Shown: positions 37,727 to 51,176 of the stretch, one piece after another
Layout: every line of letters starts with the position of its first letter
Position numbering within the stretch: the first letter of the stretch is position 1
DNA from: Cenococcum geophilum
Taxonomy: Eukaryota
Direction: 5' to 3'
Length of the DNA stretch: 64,000 nt
Assembly: GCA_050273025.1 (NCBI GenBank)
Contig: CP158636.1
Span: 12,648,001 to 12,712,000 of the forward strand
Notes under the pieces: generated by a model
The model's input: the letters and a program-made list of their open reading frames with translations, nothing else
What the model was told of the DNA's origin: nothing
Databases searched by the model: none
Program-made: the position numbers and the translations under genes

Positions 37727-40700
37727 ATACTAAAGCGAATATTTATTTATCCTATAACGTTTACTCCGTCTCTAATACTAAATATATATAACCTATTACT
37801 TTTAATAATCGTCTAGTTCCTTAATTAATTTATTTTAGGGTTTTATATTTAATTTACTACTGCCTAACTAGATAATAAACTATCTATTACTTTAGTAGAA
37901 TTATATTATTCCCGTAATACTAAATAAGAGGCTACTAAAGCTTAGCAAAAAGCCCTTAATTCTTATCTTACTACGTCTACTTAGTTAATCTATCTTAAGA
38001 AGGTTTATAAGAAGGTCCATTTTAAGGAGTAGAAACTTATAGAATAAGGTTTATAGAAACTTAGTAATAAAAAAACAAATTCTCTTTTAATAGAGAAGGA
38101 AATAGATCTAAGTAGTTCAGCAACTACTCTTTTTAGGTCCCCCTTAAGTGACTTATTCTTTAGTAATCCTTCTTTATTAATACTACCTAACCTAATCTCT
38201 TCTAATACTCCTATACCTTTCTTATAGCGTTCTTTAAATTCTTTAGTAGCTCCTAGGTAGTCTTATTATAGCCTATCCACTTAACTTTATACTATATTTT
38301 ATTGTTAATGTCCTTATAACTAATAATCTTTAAAACTTACTATTTGTCTTCTTCCTGTCCTCTATATATATCTACTTTATAAACCAATAGCTTAATATTT
38401 CCGTATACTAGCTTTAGTATCGCAATATACTATATAGGGTAGATCTTTATCCTAGCTAGTAGGTTTAATTTAAACGTAACTGGTGAAATCCTTTAAGTAA
38501 TTTTAAAAGGTCCTAGTCTGACATAGTCTAACTTCTTACTTAATCGTTAACTTTTAAAATTTTTGTATAGTAGCTATACTTTATCTCCCTCCTTAAGATC
38601 TAGTCCCTTAAATCTCTTAGTATTATAGTACTTTCTTTACTAATTCTATAAGGTCTATATAAAGATTTATTAATATCTTTATTCTTTCTTTAGCTATACT
38701 ACTCGTTTTCTTTACTTACTATAGTAATAACAATGTTCTTAGCTTATATCTATAATTTGCCTTAAATAGTAATATACTTATTCCTTATGGTATTATATTA
38801 TATATAAACTATATAACTAGTAATAGCGATACCTAATTATTCTATGCATAATTAATATAATACCTTAGATACTGTTTTAGCGTCTAATTTAATCTTTCTG
38901 TTTAACCGTTTGTCTGCGGGTAATATATAGTAAAAGTTACTACTTAAACTCCTTACTCCGCTAAGAATACCTCCTAAAATACTGCTATAAATCTTAGATC
39001 TCTATCTAATATAATCTTATTTAGTACTTTATATCTTATAAACACTTCCTTAATATAGATTTTAGTGACATCTTCTGCTGAGATTTCTTCTATATATGCT
39101 ATAAAGTAGCCCTATTTAGTTAACTTATCCACTATTACTAAGATTATATTATAATCTTATCCGGTAATAAGATCTTTTAACTTTAGTAACTTAATAATAA
39201 AGTCCTATAATATAACCTTCTATAGTCTCTCTAGTATTTTAATAGGTTATAGCCCTCTATATAGCCTATACCTTATTGGTTTATTCCTCTAGTAATCTAA
39301 ATACTCTTTTATTACTTTTTTAATAATATTCTAAATTCCGTTAATAATATATTCCTCTTAAAGTCTTAACACTAAGCCTATTACTCCGTTATATCCTTAA
39401 GTTATTCCCTTATAGAAATCTTTTACAAAATACTTTGCTATACTTCTTAGGATATACTTTATATTTTAATTCTTATATATATCCGTCTATAAATCTTTTA
39501 GCTATATTTCTAGAATTCTCTATACCTAAAAGCTTTCTAGTATCTTATAAACTCTTTTTAGTTTATTATCCTTTTAAGTTATTGCTAGTTTAGGGTAATT
39601 ATATCTAATTAATTTATCCTTATCTTTACGTAGTATTGCTCCTAATAGTTTCTTATTATTTTATAGTTTAGCTTTTCTGTTAAGTATATCTGCCCTTACA
39701 TTCTTAGTTCCTTTAGTATACTAAATCTTAAAATAGTATTTTATAAGCATCTCTACCTATCTAACTTATCTCTAGTTAAGTTCTTTTATTATTAGGAACC
39801 CCGTTAGGTTTTTATAATCTGTCTTAACTATAAATAGTTTCTCTACACCTTATAAGAATGCTCTCTATTTCTTAAATGCTATAACTATACTTAATAACTC
39901 CTTGTTATAGACGTTATAGTTTAACTTTAGTAGTATTATCTTTCTACTATAGTATGCTACTGGATACTATATGTCCTTATACTTCTATAGCAAATATACT
40001 CCTAGTACGTAGTTTAATACATCCGTTTTTATAACCGTATTTAGTCCTAGTTAATAGATCTTAAGGATTAGCTTCTGGGTAAACAACTCCTTAAGTTCCT
40101 TAAATAACTTCTTTTATTTATCTCCCTATACCTATAGTTCCTCTTTCTTTATAAGCCTAGTAAATAGTTTAATATTCTTTAACTACTATACTATAAACCT
40201 TCTATAGTAGTTATAAACCCCTAAAAATAACCTTAATTATATTACGTTCTCTAGTTCTTATCAACTTACTATAGCTTTAATCTTTTTTAGGTCTATTCTA
40301 ATATAACCTAGTTTAATAATAAATCTAACAAAATTAGTCTTCCTTATAAAGAACTTATATTTCTCAATTGCTACTAGCATCTATTCTTTCTATAGTCTCT
40401 TTAAAACCTATTTAACGTATCCCCCGTATTCTTTTTTAGTTATTAAATAGATAATATTATTATTAAGGTATACCATAATAAACTTATTAAGGTATTCTCC
40501 TAATACACTATTAAACCTTTTCTAAAATATTGCTAGTATATTTATTAATCCAAATTGCATAACTAATGGTTTATATAGTCCTTCTTTTAACCTAAAGGCT
40601 GCCTTTTATTTATTGCCTTCCTTAATTCTAATCTAATAGTACGCCTATCTTAGATCTATTTTTATAAAGATTTACGCGTTACCTATCTAATCCTAAATTT

Positions 40701-41929
40701 TACTAATTAAGGGTAAAGGATACTTATCCTTTTAAGTAATGCTATTTAACTGCCTATAGTTAATGCATAACCTAAGTTTTTCGTTTTTCTTTAGTATGAA
40801 TAGTACTGGATAACGTACTAATAACTGTAATAGTCTAATATATCCCTTTTATAAGTTTTCTTAGATAAACTCCTTAAGTGCGCTCGCCTCCTCTTAAGTA
40901 AGCTTATAGGTTAGAAAGAACCTTAGACTTATTCCTAGTTCTAACTCTATCTTATAGTTCTATACTATATAATCTGCTAGCCTTTTACTTTTTAGGCTCT
41001 ATAGTTTCTTACTATACTTATAGCATCTCTTTAGTATATAACTTAAGCCTTACTTAGTTTTTTTTATATGTCGCTCTAACCTAGTACTATACCAACTTAG
41101 TTTACTATTGCGTCTTATAACGTTAAGTATCTTTAATATTAACCTAACCTATAATCTAATTAATCCTTAGATTGTATTCCTATAACTAAGGTATTTCTAA
41201 TACTGCCTTATCCCGTTCTAATGATAGGATATTAAAAGATATCTTAACTTATTTTTCTTTAATAGTTATCTAAATAGGTCCTGTTTTAAGGTTAATAACC
41301 CCTCCTCTATAGGCTATTAGATCTCCTAAAATTATAACTAATAGGTAAGGTTACTCCTTTTATCTATAAGGTAATCCTATTCTCTTAACTACTGCTAGTA
41401 AGATATAGTTCCGCATTACTTTACTATCTATTAGCGCTTTAAACTGCTAATCTTACCATTTTACTTATAAATTTAGGTGTTATCCTTAAATTCCTTTAAG
41501 GGTCTAAGGCTTTACTACTAGCTCCCTCTAGTCCTATAGGCCTCTACTTTTCCTAACTATTAGCTATTTAATCCTATTATATTTAGCTTACTCTTTAGCT
41601 AATACCTAGTTTGCTTTTTATCTTCAATATACTATAGATACGTATTCTCTAAGCATTCCTACTACTATTATCCATCTAAGCATTCTTCCGTAAGGAATCT
41701 TTCTAGCTAAAGTATTAAATCTCCTTTCTCTTAAACTTCTGCTAGATGCCAGCCGTATATATACTTAGCATTTCTATACTATTGCTTATTTGGCGCCTAA
41801 TATATTCTTATAGGGTATTTCTAATTCTTTTTCTTTAGATTCTTATATATTTTATATATATCGTCTATATATATAATCTATAATAGCGTATAGTGTGCTA
41901 GGTACTTTAGGTTAACTCTTAACTTGTCT

Positions 41930-42165
41930 TGTAACCGACTACCGACACTGCGTTGAGACATAAGATCACCGCTTGGAAGGCTCCGAGATGGCGTCAACGC
42001 CACCCAATATAGTGGTTGCAGATCAATATTGGTGGCAGATTACCGTTCCCATTTCAGCTATCTATTACCCCATCACTTCTACCTTCTTCGTGTATATATA
42101 GAGCCTCTAGAGCTACATTTATAATCAAGTCGCTCGTTCAATTCCCACACACTGCAAAGCTTACA
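41930..42165 (+). mobile_element. Solo LTR (family H), little RIP
   Basis: TGTAACCGAC...AGCTTACA; TSD TGTCT/TATCT; related to 63275-63467. Confidence 0.88.
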
Positions 42166-43341
42166 TATCTTTATCTTTAAGTTTAAACCTTTACTATGTT
42201 AATCTAAACGTTATAACTTTATTTGCGGGTACTAAGACGCGTCTTTTACTTTTTTAGTCCTCTAATTGTTTCTTTAAGTTCTTTAATATTATAATTAAGG
42301 CTCCTTTAATATAAGTTATGGCCTTCTTTATAATTAGGTGGTCTTAGATAACTTATTTATCCAACTATATATAGAAATCTTCCTACTTATTATTATGTCG
42401 TTATCTATACCACTTTTAGTATAGCTACTAGAGTGTATATAGCTTATTCGTAAGGAAGTATCTTTTTATTACTATATTATAACAGCCTTTTATATATCGT
42501 TCTTTAAACCTAGTAGGGATCCCTAAATCCTCTTCGTTTTCCAGTTTAGTAAGCTACTTAGCTTTTAGTATACCTACCCTAGGCCTATTAGTAATTCTTT
42601 ATATTAGCGCTCTATTCCTTATACGTCCTAATATACTAAATCTCTTATCTAGTTTCTGTTCTTGCTATACAATAATTCTTTATCTAAATTCTTTTATAGT
42701 TTTTTTTAGTTTGTATCTTACTAATAGATCCTTAAAGTCTTCTTACTTCTTAATCTTAGTATTAATATTTCGATCTTTAGAACGAATACTGCGTTCTCCT
42801 AGTAAGTCTTCTAAGTTTATATATCTGTCTCCTAGTTTAATCGCTGTTTATACTATAGATTCTCTAATATATAAAGAAGCCTCTTACCTCTTACTTGTGG
42901 GTGTCCTTATTTATACTCCAAATTCTTAACCCTATAGGATTCTTAATCCTAAGCTTGCTTCTATTTTAAGCTTTACTCTAGCCTTAGTCTAACTAGGCTT
43001 ACTTAGTGTTCTTATCTTGTCTTAAGAGTCTTAAATCTTACTTATCTTGTCTTAAGAGTCTTATACCTTTAGGAAACTTCGTCTTAAGCTTATTTATATA
43101 TTACTAAACTAAGCCGTTACTCTACTCTATCGGTTATTGTCTGTTATAGGTCCTTAAGCTTACCTTATTTTATCTTAAGAATTTTAGTTATCTTACATCT
43201 TATCCTAAGAATCTTAAGCTTTTGGCCTTTTGCCTTTATTAAGTGCTAAAGTAGTTTACTATTCTACTTCTCTTATATCTTGCGAAGCGATAGATATTGT
43301 ATCTAGCGAGGTCTTAATCCCAACTAATATTCCCTATTTTA

Positions 43342-43491
43342 TCCCTTAACCCGCCGAGGCGCAACGCCAAGCTGGCTCGTGCATGAATACCGGTATCAGA
43401 TGTACATGTACGCGTAAACACTGCAAATGAGAGCCTTTTATTGGCTGTATCCTTATCGATAACGTAGTGCCAAAACCAGCGGGTTAAGGGA
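43342..43491. mobile_element. MITE (150 bp), TA TSD, un-RIPed
   Basis: TA|TCCCTTAACCCGC...GCGGGTTAAGGGA|TA; internal CCTTATCGATAA. Confidence 0.88.
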
Positions 43492-46400
43492 TAGTGGAAT
43501 TATCCTCTACCTTTTATATAACATCTCTGAGGTCTATATACTCCTAGTAAGCCGCCCTTATCGCCTTATTATTATAAAATGTTTTACCTATATTAAATTT
43601 ATTATCCTTAATATCTAATCTATAAACTAGTTTATTAGTTCCTTTATATTCCGCTAAATATAGCTCCTATAGCTAATAGCTTGCGCTATACTTAGCGTCC
43701 TTATAAATTTAGTATACGTTATTATAATAAAACGCAAAACTTTTAATTAAACATTCTTTTGTTCCTTATAGCATATTATCGTCCCTCTATATGTATATAT
43801 CGTCTACTAGTCTTGTTTCTTTTACTATATAGTAACTCTAACCACTTCTATAGTCTCTATATAGTAACCCTATTTTCTGTAATTTATATAAGCTCCTTTT
43901 TTAAACTATCTTTCTTATTATAGAGTCCGCCTAAACGTCTTCTACTATTAAGATCCCTAGTTCGGCCTCTACTCTTTAAACCTTTAATTACTTAATCCTT
44001 ATCCTCTAGGTTTCTATAATTTCTTATTTTATTTCTTAGATTCTTTAGTACTACTTAGGTCTATTAGCTCTGCGCTATACTATAGTTTTTAACTTAGCTT
44101 TAGTTATTGCGTGCTCTGCGCCTTATATAACTATAGAACTCTATATTAACCTCTCTTAGCCTGTTCCCTTTAGTAGATCTAATTATTAATCTTAATCGCT
44201 TAATTTATTAGTTCCCTTAGGGTATCTATATCTTCTATTAGGATAATTACATTCTAGACTTTAGCCTTAAGTCCTTACTTATACTATACTATAAGCGCCT
44301 TATTATTTCACTCTACTTATATTACTAACGTCTAGAACTACGTTATATACTTAATTACTAAGGTTTATTACATAATATCTTAGAGTTTTCTTTCCGCTGT
44401 AGTTACCGCCTCTAGGTCTCTAAATATCTGTATAAGTTATTCCGTAAACTTTTCCTAGCTTACAAATATAAACTATACTTTTTAATTGGTGGTCGTTATA
44501 CCATTTGCCTGTATTTCCGTAAGGTAAGGCTTAAACTATTTAAGTGCCCTCCTTAATAGGAATAGTCCCGTATACGCTATTTAATCTATAAATATTAGTA
44601 GCTTTGCCCCTTCTTATATAACTTTAAAGTGTATTTGCGTAAGGAACCCTTTAAGTTTTAATCTTTCTCCTAAGTACCTTTTAATTAATAGTAACTTAAT
44701 TTTCGCTGCTTTTATCTCGTTAATCCTATTTTCTAATATTATATTATTTTCTATTAGCTGGTTAACTATCTCTTATAGTTGTCCGACCGTTACTAGTTGC
44801 TATAAGTTAGTATCTGCTATACTAGTGTCGTTACCTAATCTTAAAGTAGTTGCCGCTGTTAATAGCGTTGTAGCTGGTGCTTTTGGTAGTATATTATTTG
44901 ACTTTATTAATACTGTAACCTTAGTAGTAAATATATAATAAAGCCTTGTAGTAGGAACTACGGTAGACTTATTAATAGGCTAGGTATATAGGTAAATAAG
45001 AAGTTAATAACATAATAATAACTAGTGGAGTAGTTACCTAATAGATTAACTTTAATTATATTCTAAGATTTACTATAAAGGAGAGAACTATCTAGGTAGG
45101 GACTGTGGTCCTTTAAATACATAACCGTACTCCTAAGAAATCCCCTTTATATATAAGGTACGTGTGCTCTATTTACTCTATTACGGATTATATAAATCCT
45201 ATAGATTATATAGATTACGTCATATAACCTTAGCTACTATTCCTCGTTATATAGCTCTATTAGCTCTATCCTGGACCATGCCTAAATTAACTAACTAGCT
45301 CCTTTCAACTCCTCTTTAAGTAGTCGTAATATTGTACTTAAAGCGTCCGTAATAGTATCCTTCCTAGTTAGTTATATAAGAGGTTTTGCTATAATTCTAT
45401 AGTTACGGATAAACTAGTGGTAGAAGTTATAAAAGCTAAGGAAGGATTAGATTCCTTTTACTATATAAGGGGGCTTCTAGTTATAGATTGCCTTTACCTT
45501 CTTAAGGTTAACCTTAATTCCTTCTATAGTTATAATAAACCCGAGGTATTTTATATATTTTACCCTAAATTTATATTTCTTAATATTAACTTATAAGCCC
45601 GCGTTCCGTAGTCTCTCTAGGACCTTTTTAATATAAACTTAATGCTTAAGTTTGTCGTCTAAGTATATAAGAATATCGTCTAGGTATACCGTGTAGAATT
45701 TGTTAAGGTAATTAAAAAGAATGTTATTTATATACCTTTGGTACGTAGCTAGTCCGTTTATTAGTCTAAAAGGAAGAACTTTATATTTATAGGAACTATA
45801 ATAGGTATAGAATGTTATTAAATCTTCGGATATAGGGTTTATCCTAATTTAGTAAAAAGCTTAGCGGATATTAAGTTTAATAAAGATCTTTACCTAACTT
45901 AGATATATAAGGGTCTTATTAATTAAAGGAATAAAATACCGGTCCTTTTAAGTAATAGCGTTTAGCTTCTAATAGTTAATATAAAAATAAAGGCCTCTAT
46001 TAGGCTTTTTTATAAATAGGATAAGGGACGTAAAAGGGGCTTAACTTAGCTTAATAAACCCTTTATCTAGGTTGTTAATTAAGTACTACTTTATTACTTT
46101 TAGCTTATCTATTAATTAATAGTAAAGGGGGCTATAGCCTAGCGAGTTATTAGCTTTTAATTAAATCTTATAATCGTATATCTAGTAGGGGGGTAACTTA
46201 TTTAAGGCCGCCTTTAAGAATATATCCTTGTAGTCTGTATAAATAGTAAAAAGGAGGCATTTAACTAGTTCCTCGTTGGTTTCCTTAGCTAGCCTTTCCT
46301 CTCTATTATTAATAATTTGGTTAATCTTATATAGGCTTATTATAAAGACCTTATTATCCTTTTAGTATATATTAAAGTGGAACGCTATAGCGCTAATTAC

Positions 46401-49400
46401 GGCGATGTTTATAGTAGGGGGTTTACCTAATAATAGGGGCGTACGTAACTTTAGGGACTTCTAAGGTACTAGCGTTATTATTACTCCTTTTAGCTCCTAT
46501 TATATCTTTTAAAGGTTATCCCTTATATCCTATTAATACGTTCTTTTCCATACCGGCTAAATCTATGCGATTTAGACGTTATCTATATTACTATCTATCC
46601 CGCTTCTATATATAGAGTCCTCTTTAAATATAGCGCTTTGGGAGAGTATCTTTATTAATATAAAGTTCTTTCTAGCTTTATAGCGGGCGTCTTTTTAGGT
46701 AAAGGCTAGGTTACGGGCCTAGATATCCTACTAGTAGGTAGAGTTAGCCCTTACGGCTAGTGTCTTACGGTTAGTTTAGATCTCCCTAATAAAGGAGGGC
46801 AACCTTAGTCTATTCTCCGGCTAGATAAACTATCTTTATTACACGTTTAACTAAATATTAAAATAGGTTATCTATTTTCGTCTAAGAATTATATTATAGG
46901 ACCCTAGGTCTAGGATATAAAAGGGGATACTATATTAGCGTTATCTATTAAGAGCGATATACAACTTTAAGACGTAGGTAATAGGCTGGCCGGCTTAGCT
47001 GTTATAGCCTTTTACCTAGATAGGCTTCTCTAGTCAAATAGCTTCTATATTTAGAAACTTAGTAATATTATTTATATAGGTAGTATTTATAAAGGCGAAG
47101 CTATTTACTCTAGTGTTAATAAGGGCGGTTATATTAACTCTATATCTATTTTAAGATACTATATATAAAACCGTAAAATGCTTTCCACCTATTAACTAAC
47201 TAAGATTAATCTCTTTAAGATTAATAGGGTACCCTAGGGAAGAGTCTTTCCCTAGGGTTCTTCTTTTCCCGACTTATTAGACGTTTCTCCTTTCTCTATC
47301 TCCTTAATATTACCTATATCCTTTAGCTCCAAGCAGAATAAGGTAAAGTAACCCTACTTATTATAGTTATAGCACATAGCCGAGGTAGGGTTAATTAGAG
47401 TATTACGGCGAATACTAGTTAATAGCGTAGTACGTAACTAATTGGGCAAGGCTTACCGGTATATAGTTATAACCGCCTTTAGTATAAGAGTAGTTATAAC
47501 TTATCTTCCTGCTCTAGCTCCTATAGGTATAGCTAGCGAGCTCTAATTTTTATGAAGTTACTTCTACTAATTAGGGTGGGCGTTAATCCACCTTAGTTCT
47601 AAGTCTAATAATAGGCAATAAGCTGCGAGTTTTTTTATAGGTTAGTAAGTTATCTAAGGTTACAGCAATCTTTTCTTATAGCTAGATTATTAGCTTATTA
47701 TATAGGTCTAATTAGTAGTTCTTAAGGGGAACCTAGCCTTCTCCTATAAAGTGTAGGAATTAAGTCTAGAATTTAGTAAAAGGTTAGTTTAGTTTTATTA
47801 TTAGGCGATTATTGTAAGGGTACTTTTGGTCCCTTACTCGGCTACATCCCGGGAGCTCTCAGGGGCTGCCAAGGCTAGCCTTCGGCTAGGCCTTGGCCAC
47901 CCCTTATAAGCTCCTCGGGCTTGCAGCCTCCTTCCTCCCTCATCGGTTCGTCTCCGTACGAGGCTATTGCCTACTCTTTACCATATCGTCCTCTTCCATC
48001 GACTCCCTATGTGACTCATGCTCGGCTTGCCTGCTCCCTACCGTACACCCTGGCAATACTGCCTTACATTCGAACCGATCCTACACCCTCGCGGGTGGTA
48101 GCCTGCAGCAAGCCGAGGGCTTCGCCCTCGAGCATTTCACGATCCTCCATTTTTACCTAGGACGACCGCGTACGCTGCAGAGCAGCTACACCAGCAAGAC
48201 GCCTGGCAGATCGCATCCGCATAACGGTGTTGGAATACGGATCAGGTCCTCTACCTACCCAGGACGATCGCGTATGCTGCAAAGCAGCTACACCAGCAAG
48301 ACGTCTGGCAGATCGCATCCGCTTACGGTGGTAGATACGGATCAGGAGACAAGGGAGACGGTAGCTACCTGGCCAAGGGTCAGGGGCTATCCGGATCGTA
48401 CGCGATCATCTCTCGACGCGATTGGTATACCCGTATACGATCGACAGTGCAGCGGTGCAGCTCTGCCCCGACGGCGACCCGAAGGTGATTCGATTGCTAT
48501 CCGAAGGCTTTCTGGCAGGAGTCAAGGGGGATCGTGCGCGATTAAGCTTGCAATACTCTATAGGCCAACCACGGTTCACTTGCGCAGGGCAGTGCCACTA
48601 ACAGAGCTTGGAAGGTTGAACGTCCTCAAAGAGATGCAGCTACCCTAGAGGCTATCCGATTGCTATTCAATGGCTATCCGAAGAACTAACCGCTAGTTTT
48701 CAAAGCTACAGCTACTACCATACTCTTCCAGATCAAATGCAACCAAGGGCTACTGCCCAATCAGCTATAGAGCTGCCGAGACCTAATCGCAGGACGATTG
48801 TCTCGTAGAGCTACGGCTCGTCTTAGAGCTACGGCTCGTCTAAGGGCTACGGCCCGACCCGGAGACTCTCCGGCTGTCAGCCTAAGGGCTGCCGAGACTA
48901 AACCGTAGGCGGTTGTCTCTTACTAAGCTACGGCTTACCTCAAGAGCTATAGCTTGCCCAAGAGAATGGCAGCAGCTCTTAGATCCTACGTGATCTCTTC
49001 TTATTGCCAATATTACTCCGTAATAATAGTGTAATTCAGAAAGGAAGGAAACACGCGTATAAGCTATTTTAGCCATCACTTCCTTACAAAAACTGGTTGC
49101 GCGGGCGGGGGAAGGCAATTAAGACGTCAAAGACGTATAAGAGCTATAGCTTGCCCAAAAGATATGGCAGCAGCTCAAAGATCCTACGCGATTATCTCTG
49201 CAAAGCTTTGGTTGCTCCAAGAGCTCCAGCTTACTTCAAAAGCTCACAAGACCCGACATCTCTCCGAACCCCTTCCGGGACGAGCCCTCTATAATCTCCC
49301 GCTACCGCAAGGTAATAGAGGGGGTTGACCGCAAGAAGGGGGGGGGCAATGTAAGGGATATTCTTGCGATTAAGCCGGCTCCAAGTGGAGACTATCTGGC

Positions 49401-51176
49401 TGTCAGCCATAGAGCTGTCGAGACTTAATCGCAGGCGATTGTCTCCAAGACTGATCGTATACGATTAAGTCTTACCTACCAGCAGACGCGAGTCTGGAGC
49501 TCGGCCTGTGTTGCCGAAAGCTCCGGGAGTACTGGCCAAGGCCCTAAAACCTCGGCTAGTGTAGATATTTTGGCTCCGGCCCAACTTCACTAGGTACACA
49601 ATCTAACTTTTACTACGCTATATTAAGACGCTATAATTTAATTGTTTTTTAATTTTAACGTTTTTAAAGGTGGTTTTAATAATTTATTATGTTTCTATAA
49701 TAGAAGAATAGCTTATAAATAAAGTAAGTTGTAATAGGTTATATTTAGGTTATATTAAGGTTATATTAAGGATCTAATATAGGTATAAATTCTAGAGAAG
49801 TAGAGGCAAATTAGAGTAGAAAAGGTATTTATTAATATTCTATCTATATTATTATTTAAATTTAATTAGACTATATTAGTTCCTACTAAATCCCTTTTAG
49901 CCTCTATAGAATAATAACGATAGTATAAGGTAATAGGCTCTATATTACCTAGACTACTATAAAAGGTAAGTAAGTAACTAGCTTAATGCTAAGTATAGCT
50001 ATACAAAATAATATATATAGGTAAGGCGACTTCGTCACCTAACGGATAGCTTTATTATAAGCAGCGTAAGTATATATTTAGGTTATATCTATAATTTAAT
50101 ATAGAAATAGATACCGCCTAATAGCCTAAATATATAATTATATAATAAGGATCTAATTAGGATATAAAATAAGAACTTTCTCTAAAATAGGTATGTAAAT
50201 CTTTTTATAAGGATAGTATAAGTATAAGATATAAATTATATTTTAGATAAAACTATATTATATCTATAATCTAACCTTAATATATTATTAATAAGGTTTT
50301 TTATAGCCCTATTTAAGGTCTAAATATTAGTATAATAGCTATACGTAGTACTTTAGAGTAACTTTTAGGTTATATCTTAAAGAACTTATTTCCTAGGATA
50401 ATCTAAGCTCTTTAAACTTAGATAATAGTAGGAGTGAGGGTTCTAGTACTCCTAATACTACTTTATAGCTAAATACTATAACAAGGCGTATTTCTAGCGC
50501 CCTAGCTCTATATATTAAGGTATAGTATATTAGACTTAGTAAGCGCCTAATATAGGTACTATTCTTCTATATTAAGGTAATATCTAGTATATATCTGGCT
50601 TATATCTAGGATCTAACTTTAATATAGTACTATAGTAAACATCCCTTTATCTATATTCTACTAGAGGATATTTTCTCTAAATAGGATTATACTATTAGGA
50701 AGATTATAGTTATAAGTGCTATATATCTCTATTTTATCCTAGATCTAACTATAATAAGATCTAAATACTAAGTATAATATTTATACTTAGGGAATAAAAT
50801 TTACTAATAGTTATAGAGGATTAATTAAGTATATTAAATTATATTTTTAGGTAAAAACCTAAATATATCTATATTATAACTAGCTTTTAACCTAAAAAAT
50901 AAAGAAAAATATAGGCTATATAATTTATAGTATAAAGCCTAGAGGTTAAAAAGAACTATAATTTAGTAATTTAGCTAGTATATTTATCTATATATCTATA
51001 TTATATCCTAGATCTAACCTACTATAGTAGCTTAGTAGACCCTTTATAAAGCTATCTAGATAGAGGTAGAACTAAATATTATATACCCTATTAGTAAGGC
51101 AGTTAAAAAGGCTAGAATTTATAATAATATAAACTATTACTCTTCTATTTAGAATATATTAATAATATATTAATAA

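Larger units (their letters stand above)
31507..38250 (+). pseudogene. Antisense spliced accessory gene in Gypsy E (31507-31683 + 37732-37783, intron 37784-37871, then 37872-~38250); Zn2Cys6-like + coiled coil + acidic tail; split by the Copia insertion
   Basis: De-RIP reads MPKVPSS...GEIMPSxCSxCxKEGLVC...CxxCTKANxxxSC (C-x2-C-x6-C-x13-C-x2-C-x8-C). Removing an 88-nt intron keeps frame into a helical ..LIxLKKVxKKVHFKEQKLIEQGLQxL.. segment. Confidence 0.72.
30987..45354 (-). mobile_element. Ty3/Gypsy family E nested in D
   Basis: LTRs 30987-31398 and 44934-45354; TSD GTATC; gag, long His/Cys-rich spacer, protease, RT, RNase H, integrase, chromodomain (~38250-38300). Confidence 0.93.

Noticed and set aside
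47893..48648. 251-aa ORF from the track
   Set aside because: Starts at a non-ATG codon inside an LTR, runs through duplicated non-coding blocks and has no recognisable domain.
49350..49600. Apparent 3' LTR (TG...CA) of element B
   Set aside because: Matches the 5' LTR for only 8 bp and overlaps the nested TIR; the real 3' LTR with TSD is at 58675-58919.
50758..50965. RdRP-like motifs (FxDGxG and QxxxxGxKG after de-RIP) in the TIR element
   Set aside because: The two motifs are in different frames and would need a 22-nt intron, no DxDGD is visible, and de-RIPing makes chance matches easy.
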